Assembly: GCA_964016885.1 (NCBI GenBank)
Contig: OZ024743.1
Span: forward strand, 285,820,001-285,884,000
Direction of reading: 5' to 3'
DNA: 64,000 nucleotides
DNA from: Eledone cirrhosa
Lineage: Eukaryota
Every line of letters starts with the position of its first letter. Positions within the stretch are counted from its first letter, which is position 1. Below, piece after piece: positions 24,623-36,964 of the stretch. Position numbers and translations under genes: made by a program. The notes under the pieces were generated by a model. The model was not told the DNA's origin, made no database searches, and saw nothing but the letters and a program-made list of their open reading frames with translations.

Positions 24623-26272
24623 TTACCTCTCTGCGTCCCGGGAAACGGGCCGCTCAATTTCCATGCTGGTTGGGGATGGGTTGTTGGGTGGGGTGGTGGT
24701 TTGTGGAAGTGAAGGGGCATCGGTGTGTTGTGGGGTTGGGGTGTTTGTGGTTGAGTGGGTGTCTGGGTGGGGTGGGGTGGGGGTGAAATTTTTTAGGAGG
24801 ACGCGGTTGATTGGTTTGGCGCAGGGGGGGCCCACGTCCTCCGTGAAATTTATTTTCAGTGTTTTGTACAAGTGCATTGGGACTTTTATCATTTTCAAAT
24901 GAGGTAGTCCCACAGCAGTTATAAAGTTTGGCCCTTCAGTTTGGACCGAAGGGTTTGCTGAAATTGTTTTCCGTAATTCTTTGTTGTCTGTGTTCATGTA
25001 TGTGTATTGTAAGGTCTTTTTTTGTGTAGCAGTTAGTGTTGTGTGACAGGGAGGGGTGGTTTGTGTGTAGTTTGTGTTCTCTTGGGGGGGGGGGGTTAAA
25101 GTTAACATGTGTGTCTGTGGTGCGTCTCCTCTTCTTTCTTTTTACTTGTTGGAAGGGATCTTTTTCGTCTTGCGACGAAAGAGGTTCGTCTTCCTTGTTG
25201 GGTGGGAGGGGTATGTTTTCTGGTAGTGTTTGCGGTGTGCGTGTTTTTGTATTTGTTTTGGGTGGGGAGGGATTGGGTGGGACAGTATTCTGTGTTATTT
25301 TTTCACGTGTTTGTTTTTGTTGTTGTTGTGGTGGTGGTGGTGGGGTTGTTGGTTTTTGTTGTTGTTGTGGTTGTTTTTGTTGTTGTAGTTGGGGTGGTGT
25401 TGGTGTTGGTAGCAGTGTTTTTTTCTGTGTGAGCTGGGGACAGGCAGCCCTCAGGTGACCTCTATTGCCACAGAGGTAACAGGAGGGACGCCTACCCTCC
25501 ACAATAATGTTGAGGTGGGTACGGTCATCCAGCATGACGCGCTCAGGGATTTGAGCGATGCGTTCTGGCCTTATTTGGGTCAGAACTTCGAGGCTCGTTC
25601 CACTGAACGCGTCGCCGGATGCCTTCCCTATTGAGATGAGGTTGTCCTCGTCTAAATTGAGGAAACCGGTTAGTAACCACCAGTAGTTTATGTTTGGGGT
25701 GATGGTGGTTATCCATATCCTCTGGGTTTTTTTACCCATGTAGGTGGGGAAGAAGGTGTAGTGTGTGGACCGAATTGGCGACACAGAGTATTTTTTTGCC
25801 GCCAATTCGTCTTTCATCAATATGGATAAACTCCCATAGAGTTTATCCTTTTGTATGAAAGTGATGTCTCTCATCGCGTCTTTCAAGACTAACTGAGTTT
25901 CCGCTTGAGATGGTTGCGCTGGTTTCTTTGTTTTATTTAAAATTGTTCGGAATACGACAGTTCGTAATTCCGTCTGTCTTTTTAGCTCCGGAGGTGAATG
26001 TATAGAAAACGATCCGTTTTCGCCAAAAGACACATATTTCTTGGCTTTTTCCAGCATTTCTTTTGCTTTTGAAATATCTTCCAGCACATAAGCGACTGAT
26101 AATTTAGCCGTTTGTGCAAAAGATATTTTGTTTTCGTTTTGGATATTAGTATTGTTTTGTTTCTCGTCGTTTGAGTTGTTTTCATCTTTGTTGTTGTTGT
26201 TGTCTTTCTCGTTTCGTGTGTGGATACTTGTGACGTTTGTGTTGTTGTTGTTTTTGTTGTCTTTATTGTTGC

Positions 26273-26303
<31 letters not shown>

Positions 26304-26480
26304 GTTTTCAAATTCTTGTGTAGTTGTGGCTACATCTAGTGGTCGGTCAACAGGTGAAGACAATTCTTCCTCTCTCTGACCTCTGCCTTTGGCATCTGCT
26401 GCTGTGACAGTGGCAGGGGGAAGCTGTGAGTATGACTTCCCCTTTCCTTCTTTGATTGATGGTGAAGATGCTTCAGCCAT
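24623..26480 (-). CDS. Element 1 ORF1: gag-like protein with CCHC knuckle; frameshift at the 12-nt homopolymer 25084-25095
   Basis: CYLCGNRGHLRAAC; N-, Q- and P-rich tracts; C-terminus (EDVGPP..KPINRVLLK..AER*) shared with element 2. Confidence 0.8.
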
Positions 26481-26703
26481 TTTTCTCAAAATAGGGTTTT
26501 TCGAAGTTTTTCGAAAGATAAAATGTTCACAATACTATTTCGCCCAAAGGCGCAGAATATTTTGAGAGACCGACCAGATCAAAATTTGACCTGGCAGTCC
26601 CTCTACAAAATGGTACAAAAATGAAAGTTTACAGTTTACAATTTCCGTATGAATTTAAACAAAAACTTACCGAGCGAGCTCAGCACATGTGTCCATCGTA
26701 ATG

Positions 26704-26838
<135 letters not shown>

Positions 26839-27052
26839 TTCTTTATTTACCATAAAGGCATAAAAAGAAGGGACAAATACAAAGGGGGAGTTTACATATA
26901 ATCGAGTAAAAAGGGTGTAACATGAAAATAATCGAAAATAACCTCAAAAGGGAGGGGACGTGATGGGGGTTGCACACACCCCCGAAAAAGTGTGCAATCC
27001 TTTGCCCGGGGAGCACATGGAGAAGGTGCTCCCCTCTCCTTTACTTCTTTAC

Positions 27053-30000
27053 CTACAGGATGGTATACAGAGAAGGCCCATTTACACGAGCCATTCTCGC
27101 CACTATCACCCACCTTTCATAAAACTGCCTGTGGCCAAGCACCTCTCTCTCCATTCTTATCCTTCTTCCGAAGTGATATCGGAAGAAGTAGACCAGACTA
27201 TGGCCAGAGAGGAAGTTGCCTGACCTCAGACCTTTCAATCGTGTCCACTAAACAACCTCTTTCAACATGGCTATTACGCACAGAAAAACCGCCTTTGCTT
27301 CCTTTGTGAAGAGGGGAGGCGGTTTGATTGTCATCACGGACTCGGCGGTCAATTTAATCGGCGCCACCCGCGACAGCAGTTGTTCGGCGTAGCCCCACAG
27401 ATCAGCCACGCCAGGACATTGCACCAATGCGTGCGCCACGGTTTCTTCGTGACGCACGCATCTAGGGCAAATCTTTTTTGAGGGATCCCTGCCCGGGCGC
27501 CCGTGTCTGTAGAGCCTCTCTCGAACGGGTAGAGCCCCCCGGTAGCACTGCCAGGCCAGTGACTTCTGGAAGTTGTCCATTGGTCCTGGGCCGAAAGTCC
27601 TACCGAACAGGCTGGCCAGTTCGTCTTCTTCCATGTCCAGCGACTCTCCAAGGGTGTCATCGCCCCTGCTAGCCACCAGCCCTCTATAGAATGATGAGGT
27701 GGATTCTCCACCGATGGCCCGGCCCGCTTGCCAGAGAGCCCTGAGCGCCTGAGCACACTCAGTGTGCCAGTCTCCCAGTTTTCCGGATCTTTGCTTGACC
27801 CAGGACTGTAGCTCGGTGAGTGAGACGAGTCTCGGAAAGGCTCGTTTCACGAACGGAGCCCACACCGGTTGACCAGTGAGGAATACCTGTAGGTGCCGTA
27901 GCCTTAATGCGTGCCTACGCATCATCAACCACGGCATCCCCAGCCCTCCTTTCGAAGGTTGTTGGCAGCAGATGGATCTTCTCACCATAGGAGGACGCTT
28001 CTTCCAAAGAAATTGGAAGAGCATGCGTTCCATGGTGGTGAGTGTTTCCTTAGGGCAAGGCACGACAGTCAGGCGGTAGTAAGTGACGGACGCTATGTAA
28101 ATGTTCGCCACCTCCGCCCGGCCTTTTAGGGACAGCTTACACTTGGCCCATTTCTGGGTTAGTGCAAACACCTTGTTCGTAACCTCGTTCCAGTTCTTTT
28201 CCACCTGGAGGTCCGGTCCAAACCAGACCCCAAGCAACTTTACCGGGCCCTCCGTCCAGTGTCCGACGACACCGTCAGGAGGCATCGGTTTGCCTCTCCA
28301 CGTTCCGAGTTGCAGCCCGATGGATTTTTCCCGGTTCAGTTTCGCTCCTGACAACCTTTCGTACTCCTCCAGTAAGGTACCGATCGCCTCGATCTCCGAG
28401 TCGGTTGATACCATTACTGTTACGTCATCGGCGTAGGCCGACACCGCTTTGCTCAATCCTGGTTCCAGAGGGATACCCTGCAACAACTCCAACTTCCTCA
28501 GTAAAGGCTCGAGAGTCAATACGTACAGAAGGGAGGAGAGAGGGCACCCCTGTCGAATGGATCGTGTGATTTCGAACGGCTTCGAAAGGTAGCCGTTCAC
28601 CTTGATCCTAGAACAGATGTGGTTGCTATGTAGGGCAGTGATCCAGCCTCTGAAAACAGGACCGAACCCAGCCGCCGCTAGCACCGCATCCAGGTAACCA
28701 TGGTCGACCCTATCGAAGGCCTTAGACTGATCCAAGTTGATCAGGGCCCCACCGAAGCCGGGTTTGTTGCCAACCCTCTCTATGATGTATCGCATGAGGT
28801 GGAGGTTATCGTGAATGGACCTGGATGGGATAGCACATGTCTGCGCATCTCCCACCAGGCCACCCACGACAAGCGCCAACCTCTTTGCTAACACCTTGGC
28901 CAAAATCTTTAACTCTGTGTTTAGCAGGGTTATGGGCCGAAAATTATTTATACTATCCCCCTTGTTCTCGTCCTTCCTCACCAGCGTGACTACGCCCTTG
29001 GCTACAGAACAAGGAATTCTCCCGTTCTGCTGCCAATTGCAGTAGACCGCTTCGAGGAGTTCGGAGAAGAAGACCGGCATTGCTAAATAAAGTTCGTAAG
29101 GTATACCATCGAGACCTGGAGATTTGCGTCTGCTGCATTGGCTCAGCGCATCTCCGATCTCATCAGCCGAGATTGGTCCCTCGCAGGACTCTGCCTCTTT
29201 GTTCGAGAGACGCGGCAGGCCGTCGAGGTATGGACCGAAATCCACGCCCCGGCCCGGACCCTCGCCTCCCCCGAACAATCGGGCAAAGTGCTTTTGAAAG
29301 GCCTCGCACATCTGCTTAGGCTCCCGGATCACTCGTCCATCTTCGTCTTGTAACGACCGGATGGTGGATCGATTTCCACTTTTAGCTTCTGTCACGCGGG
29401 CCCATCCAACGGCTTTGGCCCCCTCATTACCTAGAGCACGTATTTTACTTCGAATGACGCAGCCTTCATGCTTTGCATCGAAAAACTGGTTCAAGGCCGT
29501 CCTCGATGCCAGCACTCTGGCCACATCTTCGCTCTTGATTGCCTCTTCTAATTTACCTGTTAATTCTTTCTCGTTTCTATTCCTATTGGCAGCTAACATC
29601 TTGCTATAACTTATTGATTCTGTTCTAATCTCTCTTTTGAGAGATGCCCACCATCGGTTGTTGACGATTGCACCCGTCAACCTCTCCTTAACTAATCTGC
29701 TAATCCGGTTTCTGTAAGTCTCTTTTGCCGGTAAAGACAAATTAAGTTTCCAGTAACCGGGACCCTGTCTATGTGTTTTCTCGAGATTGACCACGCAGGT
29801 CACTAATTTGTGATCCGTGTAGCCAACCGTGCGCATTTCTGGACAGCTTAATATGTCCCTATCCTTACTTCTAACTAAGAATCTATCTAAGTACGATCTA
29901 GATTGACCACTGTGGTTTCTCCAAGTCCAGGTAGGCACAGTTGGAAAATCTAGTCGATATCTATCGACCAAGTTAAAACGGTCGAGTAACCCCTTGAGGC

Positions 30001-30490
30001 TGTTACACCCCCCTCTATTAGGACATGCTCCTGCATAGTCCCAACGTGCATCCAGGATGTCATTCCAATCCCCCGCTAGAAGCAGGGAACGCGACGTTCC
30101 CAGAAAAGTCTCCAAACGCTGGAAGAAGTCGGGCCGTTCAGCTCCGAAAGGGGAGTAGACGGCGACCAGTCTCAAGGCCGCACTTTCACTACTGCCAACG
30201 TCTAGCACCAACAAACGACCCTCCGGGTCCGAGTGCACAACCTGTACGGCAAGACCCAGGTGTTTTTGCAGCAGTACGACAACCCCACCCCCACCTCCAG
30301 GTTGACAGAGAGATGCATGCACCTCAAAGTCATCGAAGGTGGGGGCCAGCTGCCGCACGATGCTGATTCGAGTCTCACAGATAACCATTACATTTATACT
30401 ACATGACCTGAGGTCATTTAGAAGCTTTGCTTGCTTCCAAGTTGAGCCCAGGCCACATGCATTCAAAAATTCTACTCTTAACACATCCAT
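27053..30490 (-). CDS. Element 2 ORF2 (APE-RT-zf) with premature TAG at 27248-27250 replacing a Trp codon
   Basis: 1080-aa ORF colinear with element 1; same frame resumes to 27053 (..NGPSLYTIL*). Confidence 0.9.
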
Positions 30491-30523
30491 GTGGGCGGCA
30501 GAGCCAAAGGAGAGTGTAGAGAC

Positions 30524-30761
30524 CTACCTTTCCGCTTCCCGGGGTTCGGGTTGCACGACTTCCATGGGGTCGGGGGTGTTGGGTGAAGGGGTGTCTTGTG
30601 GTGGTGTGGGGTCGTCAGTGTGTGGTGGGGTTGGGGTGTTTGGAGTTGTGTTGGGGAGGGGAAGGGGAGGGGGAAAGCTTTTTAGTAGGACGCGGTTTAT
30701 GGGTTTGACAGAGGGTGGTCCTACGTCCTCCTTAAAATCCTTTTTTAGTTTTTGGTAGAGG
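30524..30761 (-). CDS. Element 2 ORF1 C-terminal part
   Basis: LYQKLKKDFKEDVGPPSVKPINRVLLK..EAER* homologous to element 1. Confidence 0.75.
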
Positions 30762-30961
30762 NNNNNNNNNNNNNNNNNNNNNNNNNNNNNNNNNNNNNNN
30801 NNNNNNNNNNNNNNNNNNNNNNNNNNNNNNNNNNNNNNNNNNNNNNNNNNNNNNNNNNNNNNNNNNNNNNNNNNNNNNNNNNNNNNNNNNNNNNNNNNNN
30901 NNNNNNNNNNNNNNNNNNNNNNNNNNNNNNNNNNNNNNNNNNNNNNNNNNNNNNNNNNNNN
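30762..30961. other. Assembly gap (200 N)
   Basis: Run of N. Confidence 1.
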
Positions 30962-31204
30962 TCTTTCAGTCAAAAAGAAAATCACTCTTTTTCTTCTCTG
31001 TTTTTCTCGCTGTTTTTCTCCTTGGAGCCTCTTGAAATGTGTTTACCATCATTCCTTTGATATATAACTATTATGCAATACACACCTGATAATGTCACTA
31101 GGTTCATACGTAACTTGACCACTGAAATGTGCTTAGTGTTTACGGGAATAAAAATTGGAAGGAATTCAATCTGTCCTGCCTGCAGTCAATTTACTTTATA
31201 ACAT

Positions 31205-31241
<37 letters not shown>

Positions 31242-31262
31242 GAGGGGGAAGAAAGAGAGAGT

Positions 31263-31337
<75 letters not shown>

Positions 31338-31781
31338 GAGAGATGGGGAAGAGTGGGGGGTGAGAGAGAGATAATTACGTATATATTTGTGTGTGTGATA
31401 TTTGGTCGTTACTTGTTCTCTTAAATCGAAGATGACCTGAAGAAAGTTATATTTTAATCTCGACTAACCTGTAACTAAACAATATACAAATAACTGTTTC
31501 TACGTTAGGCACAAGGCCAGCAATTAACTAGTGCATTACTGGTACTTTATTTTATCGACCCCGTAAGGATGACAGGCAAAGTCAACTTTGGGCGGGGATT
31601 TGAACTCAGATCGTAAAGGGACTAACAGACATGAAAATGAGAATCCTATAACAGATACAGTTGAGTGATATGTAATGAAACATTGTTAAAAGATGAAGTA
31701 ATACCTCCACTGTAATACCTCCCACTGTAATTCTCTGTTACTAATATACAAATATGATAACTGAGAATTAATGTCAACGCT

Positions 31782-31863
31782 GGTAGTGTGGCCGAGTGGT
31801 CTAAGCGCTGGGTTTAGGCACCCAGTCTCTTTGGAGGCGTGGGTTCGAATCCCATCACTGCCA
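31782..31863 (+). tRNA. tRNA-Leu(TAG), unit 1, with indels likely to be consensus errors
   Basis: CTAAGCGCTGGGTTTAGGCACCCAG versus consensus CTAAGGCGCTGGTTTTAGGCACCAG. Confidence 0.7.
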
Positions 31864-32492
31864 ATAGTGTTTGTTTCCATACTTTTTTTCATATGGCCTT
31901 AATAATTGTATCAGCTATAGGCACCAGGCCATCATTTTGAATTCGATTAAATCGACTCCAGTGCATTACTGGTGCTTTATTTTACCGACCCCCATAAGGA
32001 TGAAATGCAAAGCTTAACCTCGGCAGGGTTTTGACCTCAGAACGTTAAGGGACGTAACTCTATGTCGTAAAGCATAATGTCCTATGCTTTACCGATACTG
32101 TAATCCACCACCCTTCATATGGCCTTAATAATCAATAATATTTACACATAATACATAAAGGAGTGAAAGTGGGGTGAAAAGAAGAAATGTGTGTTCGTCT
32201 GAACTAATATCCTCTACTTTCAACTAACTTAGCCTACACCTCTTGGTCCCGGCTGACAGGATGGAGAATACAGCGCCCAGGAGGACGGGTTTCGGACCTG
32301 CGGGCGGCCAACTCCGCTCCGATAGAAATGTTGTAACATTGTGGCACGGGTACCAATAAACACTTGAAGTCTCCACTACGACAGGCTCTACAACGAATTA
32401 CATTTTAGTAAGAGATGAAGTAATACCACATCTGTCATTATCTTTGATATCTAATATGAAAATACTATACCTAAACGTCGGAATTATCAAGT

Positions 32493-32574
32493 GGTAGCGT
32501 GGCCGAGCGGTCTAAGGCGCTGGTTTAAGGCACCAGTCTCTTCGGAGGCGTGGGTTCGAATCCCACCGCTGCCA
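32493..32574 (+). tRNA. tRNA-Leu(AAG)
   Basis: GGTAGCGTGGCCGAGCGG...CTGGT-TTAAGGC-ACCAG...GGTTCGAATCCCACCGCTGCCA, long variable arm, T6 terminator. Confidence 0.97.
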
Positions 32575-33358
32575 TTTTTTATTTTTTAATTTTTCATACA
32601 TCAAGTTGATATGATTTTTAAAAGTAAGTTGTAGAATGTGTGCATGCACTTACACGCATAATTAATCGTAAGGTCCCCACATGAATATAAAGAATATGAT
32701 GAGTATTTTTGCTGTCCACTCGGTTCAGCCGCGTCGGCTTAAGCTGCAAGGTGAGACCTGCAGCATCCCAGCCATGCTTGATAATCCCGTCAAGAGTGGA
32801 AGGTGGTCGACACTATAGCGGCAACAATTGTATAAATGACATTAAAAATTGTTTAGAGGTCTTACAGAATGAAAATCTAGATTAAAAAAAGTCGAATCAC
32901 GTCACTCCGCGTCTCAATGCGTTCGTGAGGTGAATGAGTTAAAACGAAAGAAGGAGGGTGGGTGAAAAATTCTACGGATAAAGAAAAAACAAATCAAATA
33001 GCGTTTCATGATTTGCACAAGGCCTTGCACGGGTTGAGTGTGGGTATGTGTGTATGTGTGATAGCGCTTTGCTCAGTGTTTTACAGCGTTAGCCCTTGGT
33101 TTCGCCCGTGAATTCTTTCAGTCAAAAAGAAAATCACTCTTTTTCTTCTCTGTTTTTCTCGCTGTTTTTCCTCCTTGGAGCCTCTTGAAATGTGTTTACC
33201 ATCATTCCTTTGATATAAAACTATTATGCAATACACACCTGATAATGTCACTAGGTTCATACGTAACTTGACCACTGAAATGTCCTTAGTGTTTACGGGA
33301 ATAAAAATTGGAAGGAATTCAATCTGTCCTGCCTGCAGTCAATTTACTTTATAACATA

Positions 33359-33476
<118 letters not shown>

Positions 33477-33499
33477 GGAGGGGGGAGAAAGAGAGTGAA

Positions 33500-33544
<45 letters not shown>

Positions 33545-33545
33545 G

Positions 33546-33583
<38 letters not shown>

Positions 33584-34018
33584 TGGGGAAGAGTGAGGGT
33601 GAGAGAGAGATAATTACGTATATATTGGTGTGTGTGATATTTGGTCGTTACTTGTTCTCTTAAATCGAAAGATGACCTGAAGAAAGTTATATTTTAATCT
33701 CGACTAACCTGTAACTAAACAATATACAAATAACTGTTTCTACGTTAGGCACAAGGCCAGCAATTAACTAGTGCATTACTGGTACTTTATTTTATCGACC
33801 CCGTAAGGATGACAGGCAAAGTCAACTTTGGCGGGATTTGAACTCAGATCGTAAAGGGACTAACAGACATGAAATGGAGAATCCTATAACAGATACAGTT
33901 GAGTGATATGTAATGAAACATTGTTAAAAGATGAAGTAATACCTCCATTGTAATACCTCCATTGTAATTCTCTGTTACTAATATACAAATATGATAACTG
34001 AGAATTAATGTCAACGCT

Positions 34019-34100
34019 GGTAGTGTGGCCGAGTGGTCTAAGGCGCTGGTTTTAGGCACCAGTCTCTTTGGAGGCGTGGGTTCGAATCCCATCACTGCCA
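34019..34100 (+). tRNA. tRNA-Leu(TAG)
   Basis: Cloverleaf, loop TTTAGGC, A and B boxes intact, T run ~20 nt downstream. Confidence 0.95.
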
Positions 34101-34727
34101 ATAGTGTTTGTTTCCGTACTTTTTTTCATATGGCCTTAATAATTGTATCAGCTATAGGCACCAGGCCATCATTTTGAATTCGATTAAATCGACTCCAGTG
34201 CATTACTGGTGCTTTATTTTACCGACCCCCATAAGGATGAAATGCAAAGCTTAACCTCGGCAGGGTTTGACCTCAGAACGTTAAGGGACGTAACTCTATG
34301 TCGTAAAGCATAATGTACTATGCTTTACCGATACTGTAATCCACCACCCTTCATATGGCCTTAATGATCAATAATATTTACACATAATACATAAAGTGAG
34401 TGAAAGTGGGGTGAAAAGAAGAAATGTGTGTCGTCTGAACTAATAGCCTCTACTTTCAACTAACTTAGCCTACACCTCTTGGTCCCGGCTGACAGGATGG
34501 AGAATACAGCGCCCAGGAGGACGGGTTTCGGACCTGCGGGCGGCCAACTCCGCTCCGATAGAAATGTGTAACATTGTGGCACGGTACCAATAAACATTTG
34601 AAGTCTCCTCTACGACAGGCTCTACAACGAATTACATTTTAGTAAGAGATGAAGTTATACCACATCTGTCATTATCTTTGACAATCTAATATGAAAATAC
34701 TATACCTAAACGTCGGAATTATCAAGT

Positions 34728-34809
34728 GGTAGCGTGGCCGAGCGGTCTAAGACGCTGGTTTAAGGCACCAGTCTCTTCGGAGGCGTTGGTTCGAATCCCA
34801 CCGCTGCTA
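34728..34809 (+). tRNA. tRNA-Leu(AAG) variant with 3 substitutions
   Basis: AAGAC in D stem, GTTGG in T stem, GCTA 3' end. Confidence 0.8.
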
Positions 34810-35597
34810 TTTTTTATTTTTTACTTTTTCATACATCAAGTTGATATGATTTTTAAAAGTAATTTGTAGAATGTGTGCATGCACTTACACGCATAATTAA
34901 TCGTAAGGTCCCCACTGAATATAAAGAATATGATGAGTATTTTTGCTGTCCACTCGGTTCAGCCGCGTCGGCTTAAGCTGCAAGGTGAGACCTGCAGCAT
35001 CCCAGCCATGCTTGATAATCCCGTCAAGAGTAGCATGGCGTGGAAGGTGGTCGACACTATAGCGGCAACAATTGTATAAATGACATTAAAAATTGTTTAG
35101 AGGTCTTACAGAATGAAAATCTAGATTAAAAAAAGTCGAATCATGTCACTCCGCGTCTCAATGCGTTCGTGAGGTGAATGAGTTAAAACGAAGGAAGGAG
35201 GGTGGTGAAAATTCTACGGATAAACAAAAAAAAATCAAATAGCGTTTCATGATTTGCACAAAGCCTTGCACGGGTGAGTGTGGGTATGTGTGTATGTGTG
35301 ATAGCGCTTTGCTCAGTGTTTACAGCGTTAGCCCTTGGTTTCGCCCGTGAATTCTTTCAGTCAAAAAGAAAATCCCCCTTTTTCTTCTCTGTTTTTCTCG
35401 CTGTTTTTCCTCCTTGGAGCCTCTTGAAATGTGTTTACCATCATTCCTTTGATATATAACTATTATGCAATACACACCTGATAATGTCACTAGGTTCATA
35501 CGTAACTTGACCACTGAAATGTGCTTAGTGTTTACGGGAATAAAAATTGGAAGGAATTCAATCTGTCCTGCCTGCAGTCAATTTACTTTATAACATA

Positions 35598-35635
<38 letters not shown>

Positions 35636-35670
35636 TGGGGGGGAGAGATAGATAGGGAGAGATAGAGAGA

Positions 35671-35741
<71 letters not shown>

Positions 35742-35884
35742 TGAAGAGTGGGGGATGAGAGAGAGATAATTACGTATATATTTGTGTGTGTGATATTTGG
35801 TCGTTACTTGTTCTCTTAAATCGAAAGATGACCTGAAGAAAGTTATATTTTAATCTCGACTAACCTGTAACTAAACAATATACA

Positions 35885-36020
35885 AATAACTGTTTCTACG
35901 TTAGGCACAAGGCCAGCAATTAACTAGTGCATTACTGGTACTTTATTTTATCGACCCCGTAAGGATGACAGGCAAAGTCAACTTTGGCGGGATTTGAACT
36001 CAGATCGTAAAGGGACTAAC
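35885..36020 (-). mobile_element. SINE A upstream of tRNA-Leu(TAG) (representative; one per unit)
   Basis: Reverse complement of SINE core GAGTTCAAATCCCGCC..GGGGTCGATAAAATAAAGTACCAG. Confidence 0.8.
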
Positions 36021-36174
36021 AGACATGAAAATGAGAATCCTATAACAGATACAGTTGAGTGATATGTAATGAAACATTGTTAAAAGATGAAGTAATACCT
36101 CCACTGTAATACCTCCACTGTAATTCTCTGTTACTAATATACAAATATGATAACTGAGAATTAATGTCAACGCT

Positions 36175-36256
36175 GGTAGTGTGGCCGAGTGGTCTAAGGC
36201 GCTGGTTTTAGGCACCAGTCTCTTTGGAGGCGTGGGTTCGAATCCCATCACTGCCA
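36175..36256 (+). tRNA. tRNA-Leu(TAG)
   Basis: Matches array consensus. Confidence 0.95.
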
Positions 36257-36294
36257 ATAGTGTTTGTTTCCATACTTTTTTTCATATGGCCTTA

Positions 36295-36500
36295 ATAATT
36301 GTATCAGCTATAGGCACCAGGCCATCATTTTGAATTCGATTAAATCGACTCCAGTGCATTACTGGTGCTTTATTTTACCGACCCCCATAAGGATGAAATG
36401 CAAAGCTTAACCTCGGCAGGGTTTGACCTCAGAACGTTAAGGGACGTAACTCTATGTCGTAAAGCATAATGTCCTATGCTTTACCGATACTGTAATCCAC
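36295..36500 (-). mobile_element. SINE B downstream of tRNA-Leu(TAG) (representative; one per unit)
   Basis: Homologous to the SINE at 20395-20580 including its head. Confidence 0.8.
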
Positions 36501-36882
36501 CACCCTTCATATGGCCTTAATAATCAATAATATTTACACATAATACATAAAGGGAGTGAAAGTGGGGTGAAAAGAAGAAATGTGTGTCGTCTGAACTAAT
36601 ATCCTCTACTTTCAACTAACTTAGCCTACACCTCTTGGTCCCGGCTGACAGGATGGAGAATACAGCGCCCAGAAGGATGGGTTTCGGACCTGCGGGCGGC
36701 CAACTCCGCTCCGATAGAAATGTGTAACATTGTGGCACGGTACCAATAAACACTTGAAGTCTCCACTACGACAGGCTCTACAACGAATTACATTTTAGTA
36801 AGAGATGAAGTAATACCACATCTGTCATTATCTTTGATATCTAATATGAAAATACTATACCTAAACGTCGGAATTATCAAGT

Positions 36883-36964
36883 GGTAGCGTGGCCGAGCGG
36901 TCTAAGGCGCTGGTTTAAGGCACCAGTCTCTTCGGAGGCGTGGGTTCGAATCCCACCGCCGCCA
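36883..36964 (+). tRNA. tRNA-Leu(AAG), acceptor-stem variant
   Basis: Ends CCGCCGCCA (A-C mismatch). Confidence 0.85.

Larger units (their letters stand above)
20896..26703 (-). mobile_element. Full-length L1/Tx1-type non-LTR retrotransposon (element 1)
   Basis: ORF1 + ORF2; starts CATT at the (GATA)n junction; AATAAA at 20903-20908 then (TATC)n, no poly(A). Confidence 0.92.
26839..30761 (-). mobile_element. L1/Tx1-type retrotransposon (element 2), 5' part lost at assembly gap
   Basis: ORF1 C-terminus + ORF2 + 3' UTR colinear with element 1; ends in (TATC)n. Confidence 0.92.

Noticed and set aside
31782-31863. Apparent expanded anticodon loop (frameshift-suppressor-like tRNA) in unit 1
   Set aside because: This gap-adjacent unit has many private single-base indels typical of low-coverage consensus error; no other copy shares it
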